Positions 21,801-31,044 of a stretch of 32,000 nt of DNA are shown piece after piece; the stretch's first letter is position 1, and every line of letters starts with the position of its first letter. The notes beneath the pieces were generated by a model. It saw only the letters and a list, made by a program, of their open reading frames with translations, was not told the origin of the DNA and did not search any database. The position numbers were made by a program, and so were the translations under genes. Source of the stretch: Ruminococcus albus 7 = DSM 20455 (GTDB lineage: Bacteria > Bacillota > Clostridia > Oscillospirales > Ruminococcaceae); the NCBI RefSeq assembly GCF_000179635.2, contig NC_014833.1, positions 210,001 to 242,000 on the forward strand, given 5' to 3'.

Positions 21801-23225
21801 ATGGATCTTCAGAAATTTGTAGATAGTTATGTGACTATGTCTTGTATCATTTCCGTACGGACGTTTCCTGACGGTCATTACGGAGATATCAGGCTGGTAT
21901 GCGCCAACAAGGCATATATAGATACTATTGAAGATCCTGAGAATATTGCGTATTCGGAAATGCTTAATAATAAGTTCGTACCCGATTCGCCATATGAGAT
22001 CTATATACCGAAGGATCTGAACTTTGAGGATGCGTGCTACCGCTGTGCTGTCCTTAAAAAGCCGTTCCATACTTATATACATCCCGAAAGGTACAATTTC
22101 TGGCTGGATACGTATATCATGCCTCTGACATTTGACGAGGGTGACAGGCATTATTGCATATACTCTCAGGAGATAACGCCCTGTGCAAGCACCAGGCGTA
22201 TGTCCAATCTTGATGCAGGGGTCGCTGAGTCAGTACTTCAGACCTGTATAAAGCTTCATGACGGCAGTGATTTCAATCAGACAATGGATGAGATCGTAAA
22301 AGACCTCTGTAAACAATGTGAGGCAGATAAGGTATGTCTTATACTTACGGACATGAAAGAGAGAACGTTCTCGATACTGAGCGAAGCAGCAGGTTCACCC
22401 ATTGCTGATTATTCCGTTGAGGACTATTTACGCAGCAGATATGAGGATTTCTTTGATATCATAGAAACATGGGATCAGGCTATTGCCGGAAGTACCTGCC
22501 TTATTATACAGAACGAGAGGGATATGGAGGTGCTTTATGAGCGCGATCCTGTGTGGGCAGCATCCATGCAGGAGGTCGATGTGCATACCATAGTGCTGTT
22601 TCCTCTTGTGTATAACCATGAAACTCTGGGATATATCTGGGCGATCAACTTCAAAGCAGAGAACACTATGCGTATACGTGCGCTGCTAGAACTGGCAACA
22701 TTTTTTATCGCCTCCGAGATAGCTAATCAAAAGCTGTTGGATCAGATGAAGATGATGAGCTGGTCAGATATGCTTACAGGTGTCAACAACCGTAATGCCA
22801 TGAATCTGAGGGTCGATAGTATCGTCAATGGCGAAGAGGAACTCCCCGATGAAACCGCCGTTATCTATACAGATATAAACGGTCTTAAACAGGTGAACGA
22901 TAACGGAGGCCATGCTGACGGAGATCGTATGCTGAAAAAGGCTGCCAATATTCTGAAGGATGTATTCCCCGACGGAGATATCTACCGCGCGGGCGGTGAC
23001 GAATTCATGGTGCTGGTAACAGGTGTGCCCGAACATATAATAGAAGAAAGGATAGAAAAGCTGAAGGTCTATCGTTCTGATAAGGCAGATGTGAGCTTTT
23101 CGGTGGGCTATTTCTGTTCTTGCGGAAAAACTGATATACGCCATGCTATGACTATGGCTGATAAGCGTATGTATGATGACAAACAGCGCTATTACCAGGA
23201 TCACCCGTACCGCAAGCGCAGATGA
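21801..23225 (+). CDS. Diguanylate cyclase (N-terminal sensor/GAF-like region plus GGDEF)
   Basis: The active site is intact (RAGGDEFMVL) and the upstream DINGLKQVNDNGGHADGD is present. I see no RxxD I-site immediately upstream of GGDEF. Start ATG 21801 lies 6 nt after GGAGGA. Confidence 0.9.
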   Translation: MDLQKFVDSYVTMSCIISVRTFPDGHYGDIRLVCANKAYIDTIEDPENIAYSEMLNNKFVPDSPYEIYIPKDLNFEDACYRCAVLKKPFHTYIHPERYNFWLDTYIMPLTFDEGDRHYCIYSQEITPCASTRRMSNLDAGVAESVLQTCIKLHDGSDFNQTMDEIVKDLCKQCEADKVCLILTDMKERTFSILSEAAGSPIADYSVEDYLRSRYEDFFDIIETWDQAIAGSTCLIIQNERDMEVLYERDPVWAASMQEVDVHTIVLFPLVYNHETLGYIWAINFKAENTMRIRALLELATFFIASEIANQKLLDQMKMMSWSDMLTGVNNRNAMNLRVDSIVNGEEELPDETAVIYTDINGLKQVNDNGGHADGDRMLKKAANILKDVFPDGDIYRAGGDEFMVLVTGVPEHIIEERIEKLKVYRSDKADVSFSVGYFCSCGKTDIRHAMTMADKRMYDDKQRYYQDHPYRKRR

Positions 23226-23238
23226 ATACCCTGAAAAT

Positions 23239-23275
23239 AAACGGGTCTGTTCCGGAGAGAACAAGCCCGTTTTTC
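23239..23275 (+). terminator. Intrinsic terminator
   Basis: AAACGGGTCTGTTC-CGGAGA-GAACAAGCCCGTTT forms a 14-position stem with one mismatch and one G.U pair, running into TTTTTC. Confidence 0.7.
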
Positions 23276-23464
23276 ATATCAGACTATTTATCTGATACCG
23301 TGATAGTTAATGAAGCTTTGTGTGCCGCTGATATACCGCATTATACAGGCGCATCAAGTGGTTTGCCAACGGATAGCCACGTATTTAATTGGCATCAAAA
23401 TAATTGCAGCGTACATAATACTTGCGAACGCAGACTTAAATGCAGATTTTTTATGTCTTAAATC

Positions 23465-23493
23465 TTTACTTTTTTAAGAAAATATGTTATGAT
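23465..23493 (+). promoter_or_regulatory. Possible sigma-A promoter of the HD-GYP gene
   Basis: TTTACT, 17-nt spacer, TATGAT, about 70 nt upstream of the start. Confidence 0.45.
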
Positions 23494-23565
23494 ATAAATT
23501 ACGATACTATATATTCTGAACAAAGAGACCTACTCTTATAGTCATCTTTAAAAAAGGAGGACAGC

Positions 23566-25953
23566 ATGGAATTCTTAAAACAAAATCAGTTAAACATATT
23601 GCTGTTTCTCAGCGGTGTCTGTGCGGCAATGTGGGTGATGGTGTTTTTTTCCAGATCTATACCGATAAAACGCAGAAATGCACTGGGTACTATAGAACTC
23701 TGTGCGACTCTGCTTCTTATTTCAGATCGGCTGGCATATATTTATCGCGGTAAACCGGGAGATCTTGCCCGTGTAATGGTCAGGGTCAGCAATTTTGGCG
23801 TATTCATGATGGTACTTGTGATACTGAAAGCTCTGAACCAATATCTGAAAAGTATCCTTTCTGCATCTGATGATCATAATGAGCCTTCAGCATTGCTGCA
23901 AGCGGCGGATATAGTTATATACATAGACGTGGTAATGACGATACTGACGCAGTTTACAGGCTTTTACTACTACTTCGATGAATTCAACCGATATCAGCGG
24001 GGCAGCGGAATATTTTTCAGCGTATCTTTACCGCTTCTGGCTTTCGTTTTTCAGCTTTCCGATATCATGCGCCGCAGAGAACGTCTTAGCACGAGAATGC
24101 TGATGTCACTGATAATATTTACGACTCTGCCTGTTATAGCTTCGACGATACAGCTTTTCGCGTATGGCATTTCGCTGACAAGTATCTCTATAGTCGCACC
24201 GTCGATGCTGCTGTATCTGTTCTCGCTTATAGAAATGAATGAAAAGGTTGAAAAAGCCAAGGATCATGAGATCGAACTTCTGAAAGAAGAACAGGAAGCT
24301 ATGCAGCAGCTGTTTGAACAGACAGCTATGGCACTGGCAGGGGCAATAGATGCAAAGGATAAGTATACTCACGGACACTCTCGCCGTGTGGCAGAATACT
24401 CCCAGCGTATAGCCGAATATGCAGGTAAATCCCATGAAGAAGTGCAGGATATATACTACTCGGCGCTGCTTCACGATGCCGGCAAGATAGGCGTGCCCGA
24501 TGTTATAATAAACAAGGAGGGCAGGCTGACCGACGAAGAATTTGCAGCTATCAAGACCCATCCGTCAATAGGAAGTCAGATACTTTCAAGTATAAATATA
24601 TCACCGTCGCTGAGTATAGGTGCCAGCTATCACCATGAACGCTATGACGGCAGGGGATATCCCTCGGGGCTAAAGGGCGATGATATACCTGAGATCGCTA
24701 GGATAATAGCTGTGGCTGATGCTTATGATGCCATGACATCCAAAAGAAGCTACCGTGAACCGATGCCGCAGCAGCTGGTGCGTGAAGAGCTTGTAAAGGG
24801 CTCCGGGACACAGTTTGATCCGGTATATGCAAAGATAATGCTCCATCTTATCGATGTTGATACAGAATACAACATGAAGGAACACGAAACAATAAAAGAG
24901 CTTTCGGGCAACGCTGAAATGGTATGCACTGAATTCAGGACGGAATTCAGTGAGGGTGTTATTGCAACACGCGAGGAGATGACCATACATCTAAATTATA
25001 TCTCTGATGACGATGATGATCCTGTTCCTACCCTGATATTGTTTGACTCACTGGATCAGAAGATACACTGCGATGACACTAGCAAGAAGATAGTGAACTA
25101 CTTTGAGTACTGTGAGATAAGGCTTGACGGACACGTTGAACGTTCCGGCGCAAGAGAGATACAGAACGAGATCATATACGACAGCGGTATCAGCCGTGAT
25201 GAGCTTCTGCGGAAGTTCAAGAGCGGTATAGCCTACGATATAACGGCTGTTAAGTACAATGACCATGTCAGGGTCAGGATAGAGAACGAGTATCGTTCGA
25301 TCGAGGTGATAACTGCACTGCCGGATAATTCCAGATATGTGTTCCTTAGCTTTACAGGCAGAAACTGCAGGATAAACAGCTTCAGGACACAGAAGACAGG
25401 TGTTACTGCGGATGAGAATTCCATAAAGCGTATCGCGCCTGAAATAAGCTATATCAAAGTACCAGCAGGAAATGTTCCCAATATACAGATCGACGGATGG
25501 CGTACAGCTTATACTAACGGTGAAGAGCTTGTTAGTGAAATGAAGATATTTTTCCATGCCATGAGCCTGCCGACGGCAAGACTTATATGGCATTGTCCGT
25601 TTATTGTATTGTACAGCTCGGATAACGGAAAGATCAAAGGTCCTAATTACCGGGAACTTGCGCTGATAAGGTTTGACGGCGAATGCTGGGATGAAAAACG
25701 TATGGTAAACAATGATATACAGATAAGCAGGACCGATGATTTTACAGGCTGGGAAAACTGGAAGAATACAAACAAACAGGGCGCTGACTGCAACGCTCAG
25801 CTTGTAAAAAATGATAACATCATTGATACAAATATCGAATATAACGGTCTTGTGCTGAAAATCAAAACACAACTGCCTAAAGGAGAGATATCAAAAGTAT
25901 ATGTATCCATAACGGGAGATCAGTGTGCCATCACGAATATATGGATAAAGTGA
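23566..25953 (+). CDS. Membrane-anchored HD-GYP domain protein (c-di-GMP phosphodiesterase type) with an uncharacterised C-terminal domain of about 330 aa
   Basis: The N-terminal roughly 220 aa are hydrophobic and multi-pass. HD-GYP motifs are present: HGHSRRVAEY, LLHDAGKIGVPD, HHERYDGRGYPSGL. The region from about 24890 to 25950 has no motif I recognise. SD AAGGAGG lies upstream. Confidence 0.9.
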   Translation: MEFLKQNQLNILLFLSGVCAAMWVMVFFSRSIPIKRRNALGTIELCATLLLISDRLAYIYRGKPGDLARVMVRVSNFGVFMMVLVILKALNQYLKSILSASDDHNEPSALLQAADIVIYIDVVMTILTQFTGFYYYFDEFNRYQRGSGIFFSVSLPLLAFVFQLSDIMRRRERLSTRMLMSLIIFTTLPVIASTIQLFAYGISLTSISIVAPSMLLYLFSLIEMNEKVEKAKDHEIELLKEEQEAMQQLFEQTAMALAGAIDAKDKYTHGHSRRVAEYSQRIAEYAGKSHEEVQDIYYSALLHDAGKIGVPDVIINKEGRLTDEEFAAIKTHPSIGSQILSSINISPSLSIGASYHHERYDGRGYPSGLKGDDIPEIARIIAVADAYDAMTSKRSYREPMPQQLVREELVKGSGTQFDPVYAKIMLHLIDVDTEYNMKEHETIKELSGNAEMVCTEFRTEFSEGVIATREEMTIHLNYISDDDDDPVPTLILFDSLDQKIHCDDTSKKIVNYFEYCEIRLDGHVERSGAREIQNEIIYDSGISRDELLRKFKSGIAYDITAVKYNDHVRVRIENEYRSIEVITALPDNSRYVFLSFTGRNCRINSFRTQKTGVTADENSIKRIAPEISYIKVPAGNVPNIQIDGWRTAYTNGEELVSEMKIFFHAMSLPTARLIWHCPFIVLYSSDNGKIKGPNYRELALIRFDGECWDEKRMVNNDIQISRTDDFTGWENWKNTNKQGADCNAQLVKNDNIIDTNIEYNGLVLKIKTQLPKGEISKVYVSITGDQCAITNIWIK

Positions 25954-26012
25954 ATAACGGATATATGTGATGACTAAAACATCCGCCTTTAGGGTGGATA
26001 AACATATAGAAT

Positions 26013-26044
26013 TGCCCCTGAGCATTTCAAAGCGCTCAGGGGCA
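26013..26044. repeat. GC-rich hairpin, copy 2 of the repeated element, between convergent genes
   Basis: TGCCCCTGAGC-(8 nt)-GCGCTCAGGGGCA. It matches the 1886-1918 copy at 28 of 33 aligned positions. Confidence 0.55.
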
Positions 26045-26103
26045 TCGTACTTTATTGTTACAAAGATAAATATGAATTTATATGATTATAATAAATAATA
26101 TAT

Positions 26104-27063
26104 CTACCCAATTTGCTCCAGAATCTTTTCCATATTTTTATAGTACAACGGCAGGCTTAACTCACGTTTCTTGCCTTCATCGTATACACATTTACACCCA
26201 TATAAAATATCGCTGATATCATTATGCAGAGTCATGATTCTTGAAGTTAGCTCATTAGACGAAAACATTTTTTTCATAGCAATACCAGCTAAACCCGCAG
26301 GTATCTTGTATGGCAGCAATTCATTTTTATAAAGTTTAAGATCAACACCTCTTGCCTTAACGATCTGAAGTGTTTCACGAATAGTTTTAACTGCCAGTTT
26401 CAATGCTTTTGAATCAGCCATAAGTTCCATTGCCAATTTATTCGGGTCATCAAGTACACCCGCTCTGCCTGCAGTAGATGTTACCCCTGCATTGATAGCC
26501 ATATGGATCCAGATCCATTCAAACATATCATATGGTATTTCCCACTTTAAGTCAGCTGATCTCAGCAGATTTAATATTTCAGCATAATTAGAAATATTAG
26601 CCTTGGCTTCACCCTCGAGCATTACATGATCAAAAAGTACGCAATTGAGTTCATGATCCTTGCTCATATGACCGCCTGCTGTTGGAAACGCAGTGATGTA
26701 TTCATAGTCACCTACTATTCTTTCGATATCCTTTCTTTCATCCCAGAAATTACAGAAAAGGACAATCGTTCCTTTGATATTCCTCTTCATTATAGTATCC
26801 ATCGCACAATCCAGCTTGCCACTTGCGACGCTGACAATAATGAAATCATATTCAGAATTATCCTCTGCTACCATGACTTTATATACATCATTTTTTTCTT
26901 CGCCTTTCGCGTTGTATCTGCCATCTAAAACATGAATACCAATTTTAGCTGGAATATCTTTTTTACCTTCCCTCAATATGTGATAAGTATCATGTCCTGC
27001 CTTTTGAAATGCGTAGGCATATGTTGTTCCAATAACACCGATTCCCAATACAGCTATTCTCAT
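26104..27063 (-). CDS. Ketopantoate reductase (ApbA/PanE) family oxidoreductase
   Basis: The N-terminal Rossmann motif is MRIAVLGIGVIGTTYA. Length is about 319 aa. Start ATG 27063 follows AAAGGAGA; the track's longer start has no ribosome-binding site. Confidence 0.8.
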   Translation of the reverse strand: MRIAVLGIGVIGTTYAYAFQKAGHDTYHILREGKKDIPAKIGIHVLDGRYNAKGEEKNDVYKVMVAEDNSEYDFIIVSVASGKLDCAMDTIMKRNIKGTIVLFCNFWDERKDIERIVGDYEYITAFPTAGGHMSKDHELNCVLFDHVMLEGEAKANISNYAEILNLLRSADLKWEIPYDMFEWIWIHMAINAGVTSTAGRAGVLDDPNKLAMELMADSKALKLAVKTIRETLQIVKARGVDLKLYKNELLPYKIPAGLAGIAMKKMFSSNELTSRIMTLHNDISDILYGCKCVYDEGKKRELSLPLYYKNMEKILEQIG

Positions 27064-27097
27064 GTTATCTCCTTTATAAATTACGATTTTAGTAACA

Positions 27098-27126
27098 ATT
27101 ATATCACAGAATAGCGTCTTTGTCAA
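27098..27126 (-). promoter_or_regulatory. Sigma-A type promoter of the reductase gene
   Basis: On the minus strand: TTGACA (27121-27126), 17-nt spacer, TATAAT (27098-27103). Confidence 0.7.
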
Positions 27127-27173
27127 TAAAAAAGCCATAGTGTTTCTGGCTTAACATCAGAAATACTATGGCT
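27125..27173 (-). terminator. Intrinsic terminator of the ABC transporter operon
   Basis: A 16-bp stem (AGCCATAGTGTTTCTG / CAGAAATACTATGGCT) is followed on the minus strand by TTTTTTATT. Confidence 0.8.
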
Positions 27174-27223
27174 AAAATTTTTATATCAGCGCCGAACTTT
27201 AATGCGGCTGTATATGTCAGATA

Positions 27224-28117
27224 TCAACCCTTTACGGCACCTGCGGTAAGGCCGTCAACGATCTTGTTGGAGAATGCGCAGTAAACTATGATAGTCGGGA
27301 TCACGGCTATCATGATAGCTGCAAACATCTGTGAATAGTTTGTATTGTATGGTCCTACGAACTTGGACAGTGATACCGGAAGTGTCTTTTTGGTTTCATC
27401 GGAGATGAATACCATTGCAAGAAGAAGTTCGTTCCAGTTGCCGACGAAAGTCATAAGACCTGTTACAAACAGACCTGTTCTGCCGAGGGGCAGGCATATC
27501 TTGAAGAATATCTGGAAGATATTAGCACCCTCCATACAAGCACATTCGATAAGCTCGTTAGGCATACTCGTGAAGAAGCCTTCCATAATGAATATCGTAA
27601 TAGGAAGTGAGAATGTAAGATAAGGAAGGACAAGGCTTGTAAGCGTGTTTGAAAGATGCAGAGTTGTAAATCCGAGATTCAGATTCGCAAATCTTGTGAA
27701 CAGAGGTATAAGCACGCAGTGGATAGGTATCATCATACCTGTAAGGAAATAAGTCATGGCAAGCTTAGAACCTTTCCAGTGCAGACGTGAGATGCCGAAT
27801 GCAGCCATTGAACCGATCAGCATACTGAGCAACAGTGAAATAACACACACGATGAATGAATTGAGTGTTGCTGTACCCAGATTACCTGCTGTCCATGCGA
27901 ATGAATAGTTATCAAATGTTATATTTTGTGGAAGTGCAAAAGGAGCGGTAAATATCTCCTTGTTCGTTTTGAACGAAACGTTGAACACCCAAAGCAGCGG
28001 AAGAAGATATGTTAAGGATATTATTACCAGAAATGCATATATCACTATCTGTATCGGTGTTATCTTTTGCTTGGAAGAAGGATCCGGTGCTGCAGCTCCA
28101 ATTTTTGAAGAACTCAT
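27224..28117 (-). CDS. Carbohydrate ABC transporter permease (MalG-like)
   Basis: It is a multi-pass membrane protein with the EAA-loop ECACMEGANIFQIFFKICLPLGRTG. SD AAGGAGG lies upstream. Confidence 0.9.
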   Translation of the reverse strand: MSSSKIGAAAPDPSSKQKITPIQIVIYAFLVIISLTYLLPLLWVFNVSFKTNKEIFTAPFALPQNITFDNYSFAWTAGNLGTATLNSFIVCVISLLLSMLIGSMAAFGISRLHWKGSKLAMTYFLTGMMIPIHCVLIPLFTRFANLNLGFTTLHLSNTLTSLVLPYLTFSLPITIFIMEGFFTSMPNELIECACMEGANIFQIFFKICLPLGRTGLFVTGLMTFVGNWNELLLAMVFISDETKKTLPVSLSKFVGPYNTNYSQMFAAIMIAVIPTIIVYCAFSNKIVDGLTAGAVKG

Positions 28118-28131
28118 TTAGCTGTACCTCC

Positions 28132-29019
28132 TTACATCTCGTACTGCTCGGTCTTAACGACCTTGTTGATGAATAATGTTACTGCCAGACAAAGTATGAG
28201 CAGTACTACGCCTATAGCACTTGCATAGCCGTATTTTGAGAACTTGAAGCCCTGCTGATATAGGTGAGTTGCAAGTACCTCAGTTTTATGGTTGGGGCCG
28301 CCTTCGGTCATATTGAATATAAGATCGAAGAATTTCAGCGAGCCTATGGCATTCAGCGACATAGCAGTAGCTACCATGGGCTTGATAAGCGGAAGTGTAA
28401 CATATCTGAATGTCATAGCCTTGGTACATCCGTCGATATAGCTTGCCTCCATAAGGGACTTGCTTATACCTGATATCTGTGCCATATAAAGCATCATAGA
28501 CTGACCAACATACTGCCAGAGAGCAACAAAAGCTATTATCCACATGGGAAGTATGATAGTGCCCCTGATATCCGACAGCCACATAGGACCCTCAATGCCC
28601 ATTTTTTCAAGGAGCAAGTTGATACCCAGCTTAGGGCTGAATATAAACATCCACAGCAGACCGAGTGCTGCTGATGAGAGTACGCAGGGCAGATATATAA
28701 TGTTCTTGAATAAATTTCGACCTTTCTCGATGTTTGTAAGCAGCGCTGCATAGAAAAGACCTAAGATAAGCTGTGACACACATGAGAAAATGAGAAAGAA
28801 CATTGAGTTCTTAAAAGCAATAGCGAACGTTTTATCGGATAGTATAGCCTTATAATTGTCAAGCCCGATAAATTTAGGGGCTTGGAGTACTTTATATTCA
28901 CAGAATGAATAATACACCGACTGTATGATCGGTATAAAAAGCACCAGTGTGAACAAAAGAAACGCAGGAAGCATGAAGATAACAATAGCTTTCTTGCTCC
29001 TAAGCATTTTGTCCATCAC
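28132..29019 (-). CDS. Carbohydrate ABC transporter permease (MalF-like)
   Basis: It is a multi-pass membrane protein with the EAA-loop EASYIDGCTKAMTFRYVTLPLIKP. The start is GTG 29019 or ATG 29016, 7 and 10 nt after AGGAG respectively. Confidence 0.9.
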   Translation of the reverse strand: MMDKMLRSKKAIVIFMLPAFLLFTLVLFIPIIQSVYYSFCEYKVLQAPKFIGLDNYKAILSDKTFAIAFKNSMFFLIFSCVSQLILGLFYAALLTNIEKGRNLFKNIIYLPCVLSSAALGLLWMFIFSPKLGINLLLEKMGIEGPMWLSDIRGTIILPMWIIAFVALWQYVGQSMMLYMAQISGISKSLMEASYIDGCTKAMTFRYVTLPLIKPMVATAMSLNAIGSLKFFDLIFNMTEGGPNHKTEVLATHLYQQGFKFSKYGYASAIGVVLLILCLAVTLFINKVVKTEQYEM

Positions 29020-29057
29020 GGATCAACTCCTTTCAAAATGGGGAAACATTAAAAACA

Positions 29058-29086
29058 ATATAGAGGCGTATTGTGCGCCCCTATAT
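29058..29086 (-). terminator. Intercistronic hairpin after the binding-protein gene
   Basis: ATATAGAGGCG-(7 nt)-CGCCCCTATAT forms an 11-position stem with one mismatch, followed on the minus strand by TGTTTTTAATGTTT. This position is typical for partial termination or mRNA stabilisation that raises binding-protein levels relative to permeases. Confidence 0.5.
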
Positions 29087-29108
29087 CGTCTTTTGATAGA
29101 TCGAAATA

Positions 29109-30401
29109 TTACTTTCTGCAGTTAGCAGCGTAGTATTCTTCCATATCCTTAGCAGCGTCTGCAGGTGTAATGCTACCCTGGAATACAGCTACCATTGTAT
29201 CGTCGAAGTGAGCACCTGTCTCAGTTGTAGGCATGGACTCATTATAGAAGCCGAATGTACCGGTTGCGTTGCTGAATACATCCATAACGAATGCGAGCTG
29301 CTTGGGAGCTGCGGAAGTATCGTACTCAACCTTTGTTACAGGGATCTTACCACCCTTTTCAGCGGTGTACTTCTGAGACTTTTCATCAGTGAAGTACTTG
29401 ATGAGGGCAGCAGCGCCTTCGGGACAATCAGTTGTAGAGCTCATGCACAGAGAGTCGGATTTAGCGATAACTCTGTCAACGCCGGGGAACTGGAATACGC
29501 CGCACTTGGATTCAAAGTCAGGATTCTGACCGTTGATCTGACCGATAGCCCATGAACCCTGGATAAGGATAGCTGCTTCTTCGTTGTAGAAACCTGCGGT
29601 TGCAACGTCATTGGTGTCGCCGCCTGCTGTCTTCTGGAAGTACTTGGACAGGTCAAGGAGCTTGTTGCAAGCGTTCTCGAGCTTACCATCTTCCCATGAA
29701 GCGGAACCGTCAGCCAGCTTAGCAAGGTCAACACCCTCAGCCTCACAGAGGTAACCAGCTACCATTGAGAGACACCATGCGGTATTAGCAGAAATAGAAA
29801 TAGGTGTATAGCCTGCACCCTGGAGCTTTTCGCAAGCAGCGATCATCTCTTCCCATGTCTTAGGTGTATCGGAGATACCTGCCTTTTCAAACATCTCGGT
29901 GTTGTAGAAGCAGCAAGCAGCTGCAGTGTTCAGCGGAACAGCGTAGATCTTTCCGTCGTAGGTCTGCTGAGAGAATACAGAATCACTTGTGAAAGTATCC
30001 TTCCAGCCGTCCTTTGCAAGATAATCATCAAGGGGAGCTGCAACGCCGGGCTTAACATAGTCGGTCAGCTGAGGTCCGGGGCTTACGATGAATACATCGG
30101 GAGTCTCTTTTGCTGCAACTTTAGCATTGAGGTTGTTGTAGTATTCTTCGAGGTTTGTTGTTATAGGTGTTACGTGGTACTTACCCTTGTAATCATTGTT
30201 GAATCTCTCGATAGTTTCCTTATAGCCGAGAGAGATCAGATCCTCGGTAGCGTTGAGGTCATCCCAGAACATCCATGTGATCTCCTGTGAGCCGTCAGCG
30301 TTTTTCTTCTTTTTAGAACCGCTTGCGTCGCCGCAGCTTGCAAGCGTAGTTGCCAGCATTGCTGCTGATACTAGTGTTGCTAAGATCTTTCTTTTTTTCA
30401 T
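29109..30401 (-). CDS. ABC transporter extracellular sugar-binding lipoprotein (family 1 SBP)
   Basis: It has a signal peptide with the lipobox TLASC|GD. The 430-aa length and position as the first gene of the permease operon fit this call. SD GGAGG lies 9 nt upstream. Confidence 0.9.
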   Translation of the reverse strand: MKKRKILATLVSAAMLATTLASCGDASGSKKKKNADGSQEITWMFWDDLNATEDLISLGYKETIERFNNDYKGKYHVTPITTNLEEYYNNLNAKVAAKETPDVFIVSPGPQLTDYVKPGVAAPLDDYLAKDGWKDTFTSDSVFSQQTYDGKIYAVPLNTAAACCFYNTEMFEKAGISDTPKTWEEMIAACEKLQGAGYTPISISANTAWCLSMVAGYLCEAEGVDLAKLADGSASWEDGKLENACNKLLDLSKYFQKTAGGDTNDVATAGFYNEEAAILIQGSWAIGQINGQNPDFESKCGVFQFPGVDRVIAKSDSLCMSSTTDCPEGAAALIKYFTDEKSQKYTAEKGGKIPVTKVEYDTSAAPKQLAFVMDVFSNATGTFGFYNESMPTTETGAHFDDTMVAVFQGSITPADAAKDMEEYYAANCRK

Positions 30402-30488
30402 TGTTAATACCTCCTGGTCATATGCCGCACTACATAATTTATACGGTTTTACCGATTTTTGATACTCACCATATCGGTGACTTCGTAA

Positions 30489-30517
30489 ATTTTACCATAA
30501 TATTAACCCATTGTCAA
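30489..30517 (-). promoter_or_regulatory. Sigma-A type promoter of the ABC operon
   Basis: On the minus strand: TTGACA (30512-30517), 17-nt spacer, TAAAAT (30489-30494). The roughly 80-nt leader contains small alternative hairpins (TCACC..GGTGA and ACCGAT..ATCGGT). Confidence 0.62.
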
Positions 30518-30835
30518 TAGAATATAAGTAATAATGGCAAAAATAGATAAGGAACCCTAACAATTGTAGCAATAAATGGTTAGTTGATATTCCCTCTATC
30601 AAAGCTTACAGATACTGGATGTTTTTATCTCTAAATTAATGCCTGTGAATTATATAATATGCATCTATACAGAAGCGTTCAAAAGACCTGAGGTATAGAA
30701 AGTGCACATGGTTTACTTGCTGTAGGTTGAAAGCTTACGGATGATCAGCAGATGCAGGATATGATTAATTAGTTGCTGATATAGCACTAATATCCGAATT
30801 AATTTAATTGTACTAAAAAATATATATGATTTATC

Positions 30836-30868
30836 TTTAAACTAAACGCCGTGAATGTTTAGTTTAAA
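30836..30868. repeat. Perfect 12-bp inverted repeat in noncoding DNA
   Basis: TTTAAACTAAAC-GCCGTGAAT-GTTTAGTTTAAA. Confidence 0.6.
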
Positions 30869-30994
30869 CAGACCCGAAGGGTATCTGATGTCCTAGTCTT
30901 GTTATAAAAATAAGTCATGTTAAAGATAATATTTCGCCGTACTTTCCAAGCCGACAGACCACATTTTTCTTTTTTACACAGATGTATTTTCTGC

Positions 30995-31044
30995 CAGAAA
31001 AAAGCATATCATCACGATCATATCCGGTGTGGTTGTGATGATAT
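30995..31044 (-). terminator. Strong hairpin with a minus-strand U-tract and no gene to terminate
   Basis: ATATCATCAC (31006-31015) pairs with GTGATGATAT (31035-31044) in a perfect 10-bp stem, extendable inward with G.U pairs. On the minus strand it is followed directly by TTTTTTCTGG (30995-31004). Confidence 0.45.
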
